Source of the DNA: Candidatus Acetothermia bacterium
GTDB lineage: Bacteria; Bipolaricaulota; Bipolaricaulia; M55B111
NCBI GenBank assembly: GCA_046543235.1
Contig: JBKGZT010000025.1
Location: 1 to 18,893 of the forward strand
Length of the DNA: 18,893 nucleotides
Reading direction: 5' to 3'
The notes beneath the pieces were generated by a model. It did not search any database and was not told the DNA's origin. It saw only the letters and a program-made list of their open reading frames with translations. Every line of letters begins with the position of its first letter. Position 1 is the first letter of the stretch. This document shows, in pieces, positions 6,594 to 14,219 of the stretch. The translations under genes were made by a program, and so were the position numbers.

Positions 6594-8726
6594 TTACCCC
6601 TTAAGGTCTTCGAGTTTATTCTGAACCGTTTCCTTTCTTTCTCGCAGGCTTTCGCGGGAGGAACGCAAGTCGCCCAGGTCTTCTACCCCTACTTCTCCCG
6701 AAAGCTCCTCCTCGATCCTCTTTAGCTTCTTGTTAATTATCTCAAGGGCCCTGTTATACTTCTCTATTGCGTCGGACCTGTTTTCCCTGTGGCTGGCGAT
6801 GTCTCCCTGGAGTATTATGGCATTTTCGTGGTTCGAATCCCTTTTCAGGATCCACTTTAAGTGCTCCTCCGCCTCCCCGATGTTTCCCCGTCTAATCGTA
6901 ATTAGGCTCAGGTAGTACGTGGCCTCGATTTGATGTTCTCGTTTCGGGTCCATTGAGAGGATTGCCTTAAAGTCTTCTTCTGCTTTATCCAGTTTTCCCT
7001 GATTCAGGTAGAGGGATCCCAGATGTAAAAACAGCTGGTAAGGCTCAAACTGTCCCCTGGACCTTTCGAAGTACTTAAGAGCCTCTTCGTTGTTGCCTAA
7101 CTGGCGTTCTGTAAGCCCGAGGTAATAGTAGGTCTGTCTCGGTTGGAAGTCCAGGGATAGGCTCCGACGGAAGCTTTCCTTGGCCAGGTAGAAATTGCCT
7201 CTATCCATCTGGGTCTGGCCCTGGCCTCTCAGGACGTTTGCGCGCCAGTCCCTATAAGCGAAGACGGAGACCGCCAGGACCAAGGCCGCGAGGACGGCGA
7301 AAACCACGTAACGGGTCAGCCCCCTTAGGGATACCTTCAATTGCCTCTCTCCGAAAATCCTTGAGTTGATCAGGCCGAGGAAGGTGACGAAGGCGAACGA
7401 TGACGCCGGCAGGTGGGCGGGGAAACTTACTGCCGAGTGGAGGAGGAACCCCAGAAGACCGGCGATCAGGGCGAAACCGAGGAGTCGATTTGGGTCCTCC
7501 TGCGTCCGTAACACCCTTCGAAGGACGTTGGCCATGAGAATCAGGAGGCCGATAATAATGGCGGTTACGCCGACCGCGCCCAGCTCCGCCGTGAACTGGA
7601 CGTACTCGTTGTGGGCCTGGGCTCCTCTGGAGATATACCCGCCGAAGCCCTCGCCCTGGGGAGAGCTCAAGAGCTTTGCCCGGTACTCGAGGAACTTGAT
7701 CTTGTAGTTGCCCAGCCCGATGCCTACAAATGGGTGGTCCTTGAGCATCTTCAGGCCTATTTTCCAATCCTCTATCCTGGCACCACCTTCTTCTACGAGC
7801 TCCTGTTCCAGGCGGTCCACGAAACCGGTGAGTATTCTCCAGGGCTCACGGAGTTGATCCGACGAAGGTAGCCCCAGGTTGAAACTTAGCGGGTTAGGAG
7901 TAGGTGCTATCAGGTAGACCGCAACCAGGATAACAAGCGTTACTGTCAGGGCAACCAGGGCGTCTTTCCTCCGGAACCCGCTCAAGGGCCTGTAATAAAG
8001 CAGAGAAAAGACGAAGAAGAGCCCGCCAAGTGTAAGAGCTAGCCAGGAGCCCCGTGATCCTATAGGAAACAGTAGGAAGAAGAAAGACCCGAGGGCGAGC
8101 GAAAGGTACAACTTGATGAGTTTTGACCTGGAGGATATGACCAGGGCAAAAGCGGGTACGAATAGATAAGCCACAAAACCTCCAAGGTAGTTCCGGTTGC
8201 CCATGACGCTGATTATGTTTCCGGCTCCTCCGCTGTAACCGTGAACTCCACGAACTACGCCGTAGAACTGGAGTACCCCGTAAATGGTTGCACCGACGCC
8301 CGACGTGATCAGGGCAATTAGCAGGTATTCTCCCTCCCTTTTCGTCTGAACGGTGTTGGCGACGAGTAGATAGATCAGGTAAAAGTACACGAGCAGGCCG
8401 AGGCTCTGTAGCACCGCCCCTTTGCTCGGGGCGTTCTTTAAGGAGAGGAGGCCTGAAACCAGGAGCAAGGCCACGGGGACAGACAGTTCCGTCAGGGCCA
8501 GTGTTAATTTCTCTTTCAGTATTAGTTCGACAGCCCAGAGGAGGAACAGGAAGGAGACGTAGATATAGGTATAGATCGTCTTCGTGTAGCCATACTCCGT
8601 GTTCCCCAGGTAAATCACCAGGGGCATGGTCAGGGTAAAGAAGAGCAAAAAATAAAATCTGACCTTACGGAAGCCGGGAAAAACCTCTCTGGTTTTCTTC
8701 AGAATCTCGTCACTGGAGAATTCCAA
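6594..8726 (-). CDS. O-antigen ligase (Wzy_C)-like multi-pass membrane protein with C-terminal TPR repeats
   Basis: Many hydrophobic helices; GNRNYLGG, SRGSW, HPFVGIGLGN and AHNEYVQ motifs. C-terminal TPR-like helical repeats (YYYLGLTERQLGNNEEALKYF etc.). TTG start with AAGGTGG upstream. Confidence 0.85.
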   Translation of the reverse strand: MEFSSDEILKKTREVFPGFRKVRFYFLLFFTLTMPLVIYLGNTEYGYTKTIYTYIYVSFLFLLWAVELILKEKLTLALTELSVPVALLLVSGLLSLKNAPSKGAVLQSLGLLVYFYLIYLLVANTVQTKREGEYLLIALITSGVGATIYGVLQFYGVVRGVHGYSGGAGNIISVMGNRNYLGGFVAYLFVPAFALVISSRSKLIKLYLSLALGSFFFLLFPIGSRGSWLALTLGGLFFVFSLLYYRPLSGFRRKDALVALTVTLVILVAVYLIAPTPNPLSFNLGLPSSDQLREPWRILTGFVDRLEQELVEEGGARIEDWKIGLKMLKDHPFVGIGLGNYKIKFLEYRAKLLSSPQGEGFGGYISRGAQAHNEYVQFTAELGAVGVTAIIIGLLILMANVLRRVLRTQEDPNRLLGFALIAGLLGFLLHSAVSFPAHLPASSFAFVTFLGLINSRIFGERQLKVSLRGLTRYVVFAVLAALVLAVSVFAYRDWRANVLRGQGQTQMDRGNFYLAKESFRRSLSLDFQPRQTYYYLGLTERQLGNNEEALKYFERSRGQFEPYQLFLHLGSLYLNQGKLDKAEEDFKAILSMDPKREHQIEATYYLSLITIRRGNIGEAEEHLKWILKRDSNHENAIILQGDIASHRENRSDAIEKYNRALEIINKKLKRIEEELSGEVGVEDLGDLRSSRESLRERKETVQNKLEDLKG

Positions 8727-8962
8727 CTTTACCCACCTTAAAAGTTAAGATAACCTCCTTTGAAGCGCCGAGATGCGGAAAACTTTATCTTTCAGTTCCT
8801 TTGCTTACCTAGTGATTAGACCCTCAACCGTAAACTCGATGGTAAACTCGGGTTTAGTTGTCACCTCAAACTCTTTTACTCGTGTTCAATCATGAGTACC
8901 CGAACCTATCTTCCGAGGTCTATTTACCATAAGGATTCCTTTGTAAAAGCGAAAGATACGAG

Positions 8963-10252
8963 CTATGTAAAGAACCGAATTATGTCCCTATAGGTTATGA
9001 AGATCATCAGTCCTATCAGAATAAAGAAACCAACCGTGTTTATTAAGCCCTCTTTCTCCGGCGGAATTGGTTTTCCGCGGATTAGTTCGTAGGTCGCGTA
9101 CCCTATCCGACTGCCGTCCAGAGCCGGAAACGGAACCAGATTGATCAAGCCAAGGTTGAGGCTGATGAGAGCGACCATGAAGAAGAGCGAGTAAAGGCCC
9201 TGGCTTGCGCTCTGTCCGAGCAGGTTGGCAATACCCACCGGGCCCGTGACGGCTTCGCCGGCGGCGACCTGCCCCCCGATAATCATCCTGAGGCCCTGAT
9301 AGGTCAGCACGAGTATCGTCCCTATCTGCCTGACTCCCCGCCTCACTGCGGTTAGAGGTCCAACGGGGTCGCGAACGGTGTTCAAAGAGATCCCCGTAAA
9401 CAGGTTTTCGGGGGAATCCGGGGTGGTGGATAGGGTGATCTCCTCCCCGTTTCGGTCCAACCGGATGGTTACTTCCTGGCCTTCCTCCAATTCCTCTATG
9501 GAGCGGACCAGCGAAGCCATGCCCTCCACCGGTTCTCCGTTGATCCCGGTTATCCTGTCGCCAGCCTGGACCCCGATCTCGGCCGCCAGAGAACCCTCCT
9601 GCACCTGAACCACTTCGTTTGTCATTGCGGTACCGAGCTGAACGCCGAGCATGTATTGCCCCTGTTCCTCGTAGTACTTTGGTTCCACGGATACTTGTAG
9701 TTGTCTTCCATCCCGAAGTACGGTTATCGGAACAGGCCCGGCTCGATCTCCGTCTATGGCGGCGCTTATCTGGTTTCTGTCGAAGATATCCCTTCCGTCG
9801 ATACTCAGTACCTGGTCGCCCAGTTCAAGTTTCTCTGCGGAAGGAGAATCCTCCATAAATCCGTAGATAGAAACCCTCGGCGTCCCCGTCGCTCCTATGA
9901 CCAGGATCATTATCAGTACGGCGGCTAGGACGTTCATAGCCGGGCCGGAGACGGAGATGAACATCTTAGTGAAGGGGTGCTGGGAATAAAACTTGCGTTC
10001 CTCGGGAACTACTTCGTCCCGTTCCGCGTCCTCCCCCACGTCCTCTCCGGCCATTTTGACGTAACCTCCGAAAGGGATCGGTTTTATCGCGTAGGTGGTT
10101 TCGCGAAACTTCTTGCTGATTAAGCTCGGCCCAAACCCGATAGCGTATTCGTGGACCCAGACGCCGGAAAGTTTTGCGGAGAGCAGGTGACCGCCCTCGT
10201 GAATTGCGATCAAAAAAGACAGTACAGCGAGAAATATCAGTACCGTAGTCAT
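8963..10252 (-). CDS. rseP: Site-2 intramembrane zinc metalloprotease RseP (M50) with two PDZ domains
   Basis: HEGGH (HExxH), IGFGP, PFGGYVKMAGE, GPAMN, two PDZ-like segments, NLVPFPALDG. ATGA overlap with the tilS stop. Confidence 0.94.
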   Translation of the reverse strand: MTTVLIFLAVLSFLIAIHEGGHLLSAKLSGVWVHEYAIGFGPSLISKKFRETTYAIKPIPFGGYVKMAGEDVGEDAERDEVVPEERKFYSQHPFTKMFISVSGPAMNVLAAVLIMILVIGATGTPRVSIYGFMEDSPSAEKLELGDQVLSIDGRDIFDRNQISAAIDGDRAGPVPITVLRDGRQLQVSVEPKYYEEQGQYMLGVQLGTAMTNEVVQVQEGSLAAEIGVQAGDRITGINGEPVEGMASLVRSIEELEEGQEVTIRLDRNGEEITLSTTPDSPENLFTGISLNTVRDPVGPLTAVRRGVRQIGTILVLTYQGLRMIIGGQVAAGEAVTGPVGIANLLGQSASQGLYSLFFMVALISLNLGLINLVPFPALDGSRIGYATYELIRGKPIPPEKEGLINTVGFFILIGLMIFITYRDIIRFFT

Positions 10253-11643
10253 GGTTTAACCGCCTTCATTATCATCCCTTCTTCCGTTGTTTGATCTATC
10301 TTGTACCGCTCGTTCAGCCGATGCCCGACGACCCAGATGATCCCCCTTCTGTCACATACGAGCGGGATTTCCCCCCTTTTTTCATAGGGTACTTTGGCAT
10401 CTATGAAGTAGTCCTTTAATTTTTTCCTCCCCTCCATGCCCAGCGGGACCAGTCCGTCGCCGTTCCTTCTGTTTCTGACTGAGAGCGGTTGTTCAACCTT
10501 ACCCCAATCAACGATCTCGGTCAAATTATCCCTCGAAAAACCCCTAGGGTTCAAAGCCCCGGGATCGGACGTAAGCTCGAACCGGAGCTTCAGGTCCGCT
10601 TCGACGACTTTCACTTCCTCTCCGGGTTCTACCCGATAACTATAATCCTCGGTCTCCCCAGGGGAATAATCCTTTACGAAACAGCCATAATCCCGCCTTA
10701 AAACGAATGTGATCCCGGGAAGGTCGATCCTGGTGCGGGCCGGGCGTTCCTCCACTTTGTCTAATACCTTCTTAACGTGGTCCAGGCCAATGTCCTTCAA
10801 GTCCCCCTTCTCTCTTTTCATCAGGTCCCTCGATACCGCCTTTTTCATGTAAGGACTAAGCTCTGAGAGTTTTTCAGTGTCGAAGCAGGTCCCGCTATCT
10901 GATTTTCTCGTGAGGATTTTACGGGCTGATTTTTTAGTGTTTTTTTTCAGGTAGGATCTAGCTTCCCGTATCAGGCTTCCCGTTTCGGCTAGTCTCTCCT
11001 TAATATTTGGATTGTATTTGTCCTCGAGTTCGGGGATCAATTCGTGCCTTATTCTGTTGCGGGTGTAACGTGTATTCCTGTTTGTCTCGTCCTTTCGGTA
11101 GTCCAGATCTCTGGATCGGGCGTAGTCCTCGATTTCCTTTCTCCCTGTTCTCAATAGCGGCCGGATAAAGAGGTCGCGAACTTCTTCCATTCCGCCGAGA
11201 CCCCTTAACCCCGTCCCCCGGATGATGTGCATGAGAATAGTCTCGGCCTGGTCGTCTCTGTTGTGGCCGAGGGCGACGTAATCCGCGGATAGTTCTTCGG
11301 CGGCACTTGAGAGGAACTCGTACCTGACCTTTCTGGCTGCCTCTTCCAGGGAAAGCCCTTTTTCTTCTGCCAATTCTTTCGCGGACCTCGAAGCGACGAT
11401 CGAATCCAGGTCGAATTCCTGGGCCGTTGACCTTACGAACTCCGCGTCTTTGGTCGCGTCTTCTCCGCGGATTCCGTGGTCGAGATGGGCCACGGAGAGC
11501 TCCAGGTCGAAATCTTCCCTTTCCTCGAGCAATACGTGGAGGAGAGACAGCGAATCGACCCCGCCCGATACGGCTACCAGCACTCCACATTCTTTAATCG
11601 AGTGTTCCGTCAGGAACTCCCTGACGGCAGGTACTATTTTCAT
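10249..11643 (-). CDS. tilS: tRNA(Ile)-lysidine synthetase
   Basis: AVSGGVDS PP-loop, HLDHGIR, EEAARKVRYEFL, GHNRDDQAET, IRPLL, RNRIRH, and a TilS C-terminal domain (KKLKDYFID.KVP). Start set to ATG 11643. Confidence 0.95.
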   Translation of the reverse strand: MKIVPAVREFLTEHSIKECGVLVAVSGGVDSLSLLHVLLEEREDFDLELSVAHLDHGIRGEDATKDAEFVRSTAQEFDLDSIVASRSAKELAEEKGLSLEEAARKVRYEFLSSAAEELSADYVALGHNRDDQAETILMHIIRGTGLRGLGGMEEVRDLFIRPLLRTGRKEIEDYARSRDLDYRKDETNRNTRYTRNRIRHELIPELEDKYNPNIKERLAETGSLIREARSYLKKNTKKSARKILTRKSDSGTCFDTEKLSELSPYMKKAVSRDLMKREKGDLKDIGLDHVKKVLDKVEERPARTRIDLPGITFVLRRDYGCFVKDYSPGETEDYSYRVEPGEEVKVVEADLKLRFELTSDPGALNPRGFSRDNLTEIVDWGKVEQPLSVRNRRNGDGLVPLGMEGRKKLKDYFIDAKVPYEKRGEIPLVCDRRGIIWVVGHRLNERYKIDQTTEEGMIMKAVKP

Positions 11644-11652
11644 TATCAAAAA

Positions 11653-11681
11653 ATTATAGCTACCTGGGACTGTCAGAACAA
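11653..11681 (-). promoter_or_regulatory. Sigma70-like promoter for tilS-rseP, near-leaderless
   Basis: Minus strand reads TTGTTC (11681-11676), 17 nt, TATAAT (11658-11653), 9 nt, ATG. No SD. Confidence 0.65.
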
Positions 11682-11736
11682 TCTGTAACGGGATTTAACG
11701 GAAAGGGCCAGCCCCTGCTCCGCAAAGAGTAGTTAT

Positions 11737-11793
11737 CTCTTAGCCGGTCCGACCAGCGGTCAAGTTCGGGTTAACGGTGGTGAAAGAGTTGAG
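11737..11793 (+). repeat. Intergenic palindromic repeat, copy A
   Basis: CTCTTAGCCG-GTCCGACCAGCGGTCAAGTTCGGGTTAAC-GGTGGTGAAAGAGTTGAG. Aligns along its length with 14081-14138. Confidence 0.75.
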
Positions 11794-11859
11794 CCAAAGA
11801 TATTTTGTTCCCTGTATTCCGGGGAGATTGGTCCCGCGCGAGAGAATCGCCCGACCCGG

Positions 11860-11888
11860 TTGGAGTTGGGGGCGGTTTCTTATATACT
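11860..11888 (+). promoter_or_regulatory. Possible sigma70 promoter for the racemase-like gene
   Basis: TTGGAG (11860-11865), 17 nt, TATACT (11883-11888). Confidence 0.45.
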
Positions 11889-11953
11889 GAAGGGAGTTTC
11901 TTGATGCCGCTGTAACCAGAAGACGGAAAATTTACCCGGATGGTGATTGGGGG

Positions 11954-12904
11954 ATGGACGGACCGGTACCATTTGTCAAGGGACATATGGGGGGGAACGA
12001 GATAGTACTCGTCAACCGGGAGTATTTGCCGGAGAGCGGGGAGTTAGAACTTGGGTTGAGAATACTTAATGCCCCGCACGTCCGCGGCGACCAGCTGGGT
12101 CTAATCCACGAGGGCGACGACCGGGATGGCGGGATCGGCGTAAAAATCATCGACAACAATTCCCGTGACTACCTGCCGGTCTGCGGGGGTTTGACTCAGG
12201 TCTTTGGTAGGGCTTATAGCGACCTTCAACTTGGTAGAGTCCTCGATATCGAATTACCCGGCGGGCTGGAGGAGGTAGATCTCGAAATGGAGCTGGGAAC
12301 CTTCCCTGTATCGATACGGAGTGGCTCCGGTTTGGGAAACGTCGTTTCGGTTATGGATTCCTTTCTCGATAAGATATATGAGGATGGAGTGGAGCAAGGA
12401 TCGGTGGCCGGCGTCAGAAGTTTTCGGGTCGGCCATTTTTTCGTCACTTTTGCGGAGGAGATAAGCCGGGAGTACCCGGATGCGAACTTTCACCCCCTCG
12501 ACGAATACACGAAAGGACTTCTGATCAACTTACAGCGGGAGTACAGGGAGGTATTCCATACCGGAAAACCAAATAGGGACTTCGCCATCGTGGATCCGTC
12601 GAAGGAGGGTGGAATGGATGGAGGTTTGATCTTCCCCCATGATCCCTCACGCGGGTTGATCGAACAGTCCTGTGGTTCGGGGACCGTCGCAGTTGTCGTG
12701 GCATTGGCGGAGAGTGGAGAGGTTTCTGGTTCCGGAACGGGGGAACTCGAATTCGCCTCGGGAGGCGAAAAGGAAGTGCTCGGTGGACCGGAATCGACCC
12801 GCGTGGAATTCCAGCTGACCGGCGGAAGGGTGGAAAGCATCAGCTTCACCCATAGCCTGGTTGAAGTACTGGCCCGAGGAGAACTCTTTTTACCCGAGCG
12901 TTAG
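11954..12904 (+). CDS. DapF/proline-racemase-fold, PLP-independent amino-acid racemase/epimerase (CntK-like)
   Basis: N-terminal FVKGHMGGNEIVLV. Two catalytic-type Cys motifs, PVCGGLT and EQSCGSGTVA. C-terminal VEVLARGELFL strand typical of the fold. Confidence 0.72.
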   Translation: MDGPVPFVKGHMGGNEIVLVNREYLPESGELELGLRILNAPHVRGDQLGLIHEGDDRDGGIGVKIIDNNSRDYLPVCGGLTQVFGRAYSDLQLGRVLDIELPGGLEEVDLEMELGTFPVSIRSGSGLGNVVSVMDSFLDKIYEDGVEQGSVAGVRSFRVGHFFVTFAEEISREYPDANFHPLDEYTKGLLINLQREYREVFHTGKPNRDFAIVDPSKEGGMDGGLIFPHDPSRGLIEQSCGSGTVAVVVALAESGEVSGSGTGELEFASGGEKEVLGGPESTRVEFQLTGGRVESISFTHSLVEVLARGELFLPER

Positions 12905-13858
12905 CGCCCAGGCTATGGCTCCTGAGAGAACGTTGTCCTCGTCAAGAGGCGTGATCAGGATTTCCGGCACCTCGTTCTGGGTGTGGTCACTGATCCGTTC
13001 TTTAATTGGGTTTAACACGAGTTCCGGGTTATTGAGAGCAACTCCTCCCCCGACCGTTATTAACTCCGGGTCGTAAGCTTCCGTGACGGTAGCGAAACCA
13101 ATGGCGTTTAACCTGCCCATCTCCTCTACCAGTTCCAGGGCGACTTCGTCACCCTCTTTGGCCAGGTCGAACAGGTCCTTTGGCCGGAAGTCTTCGAAAC
13201 TCCCAGGGGTGTATTTCTCGAGCTTGCTGTCCCCCTTCTGGAGATTTTTTTCTTCCAGTTTCATTTCGACGAAGCTGGGGATATTTGATCCCGAACAGTA
13301 AGCTTCCCAGTGTCCGCGGCGCCCGCAACCGCAGATCTGGTCACCTTTCTCGTCGATGGTAAAGTGTCCTATTTCGGCGGCGTTACCGTTTTTGCCGATC
13401 AGCAGGTTGCCGTCGACGATGACTCCGCCGCCGATCCCGGTACTTATGGTTACATAGACGATGTTCTCGTAATCCTGGCCCGCCCCGTACTTGCTCTCCG
13501 CCAGAACGGCCGAAACGCCGTCGTTGATGAGCTCCACCTCCGTATCGAATTCCCGTTCCAGGGGGTCGGCCAGCGGTACGATCTCCAGAGGTATGTTTGA
13601 AGGGTTGGTCAATTCACCTTCCTTTCGGTTCATCGGACCGGCCGAAGCTATACCAATTCCGACAAGCTCCTTCCGGGAACGACCCGTCTGCTTGCAGAGT
13701 TGGCTGCCAAGGCGGCTGATCTGACGGCTCACACCTAATTCGTCCGACGTTTGTATTTTTTCTTTTTCTCTCGCGAGGATATTTCCTTGGGTGTCGGCAA
13801 GAGCGACTCTGACCCAGGTGGCTCCTATATCAACTCCAAGCGCGTGTTCTTGCTTCAT
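12890..13858 (-). CDS. ROK-family sugar kinase (glucokinase-like)
   Basis: GVDIGAT, IND, ISTGIGGG, EIGH, CGCGRRGHWEAYCSG, VGGGV. No N-terminal HTH. SD AGGAGG. Convergent 15-nt overlap with the racemase-like gene. Confidence 0.92.
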   Translation of the reverse strand: MKQEHALGVDIGATWVRVALADTQGNILAREKEKIQTSDELGVSRQISRLGSQLCKQTGRSRKELVGIGIASAGPMNRKEGELTNPSNIPLEIVPLADPLEREFDTEVELINDGVSAVLAESKYGAGQDYENIVYVTISTGIGGGVIVDGNLLIGKNGNAAEIGHFTIDEKGDQICGCGRRGHWEAYCSGSNIPSFVEMKLEEKNLQKGDSKLEKYTPGSFEDFRPKDLFDLAKEGDEVALELVEEMGRLNAIGFATVTEAYDPELITVGGGVALNNPELVLNPIKERISDHTQNEVPEILITPLDEDNVLSGAIAWALTLG

Positions 13859-13965
13859 CTTCTCCTCCTGAGACTGGTGTTTTCGAATGTCGAACTCAGT
13901 TTAAGGCAAAACGGGAGTTTCTTAAACACCTTCCGGGGGGCAACGGCTTTCAAGGGGAAATGTAA

Positions 13966-14138
13966 CTCAGTTCTTTCACCTCTACCAACCTCATTTGAGT
14001 TGCCGGCTAAGTAAGCCCTGGAAAAGGTCCGGGTATGTCCGATCGAGCGTTAGCGAGGGAGTTCGAGGAACCGAGCCAGAGCTTTCTTAGCCGACCCGGG
14101 CGGTCATAGCCTGGATTGTCGATGGTGAAAGAACTGAG
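13966..14138. repeat. 173-nt element made of two inverted copies (C 13966-14016, B 14081-14138) of the intergenic repeat; MITE/BIME-like or structured RNA
   Basis: Perfect 15-bp terminal IR CTCAGTTCTTTCACC / GGTGAAAGAACTGAG. Second IR CGGCTAAGTAAGC (14004-14016) / GCTTTCTTAGCCG (14081-14093) at 12/13, continuing into CTGG/CCAG. Inner hairpin TCGAGC/GTTCGA. Confidence 0.8.
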
Positions 14139-14182
14139 ACCTAATTTCGATACCACCTCTTGGTTTCCCAATCTGTCGGTAG

Positions 14183-14211
14183 TTGTTACTCTCGTTACTG
14201 GAAGCTAAAAT
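14183..14211 (+). promoter_or_regulatory. Sigma70-like promoter for hydrolase-recF-dciA, leaderless-type
   Basis: TTGTTA (14183-14188), 17 nt, TAAAAT (14206-14211), 8 nt, ATG 14220. No SD. Confidence 0.65.
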
Positions 14212-14219
14212 TAAAAGTC

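Noticed and set aside
11892-11902. GGGAGTTTCTT shared with 13913-13923 as an operator
   Set aside because: Non-palindromic 11-mer in inconsistent orientation relative to the adjacent genes; chance cannot be excluded.
4205-12904. Staphylopine-like metallophore system (CntK-like enzyme plus family-5 ABC importer)
   Set aside because: No nicotianamine-synthase-like or opine dehydrogenase gene is present. The two loci are over 6 kb apart, on opposite strands and separated by housekeeping genes.
11737-14138. Repeat family interpreted as a CRISPR array or integron attC sites
   Set aside because: Copies are dispersed and in both orientations with no regular spacers. There are no RYYYAAC/GTTRRRY ends, no cassette-like genes, and no cas or integrase gene.
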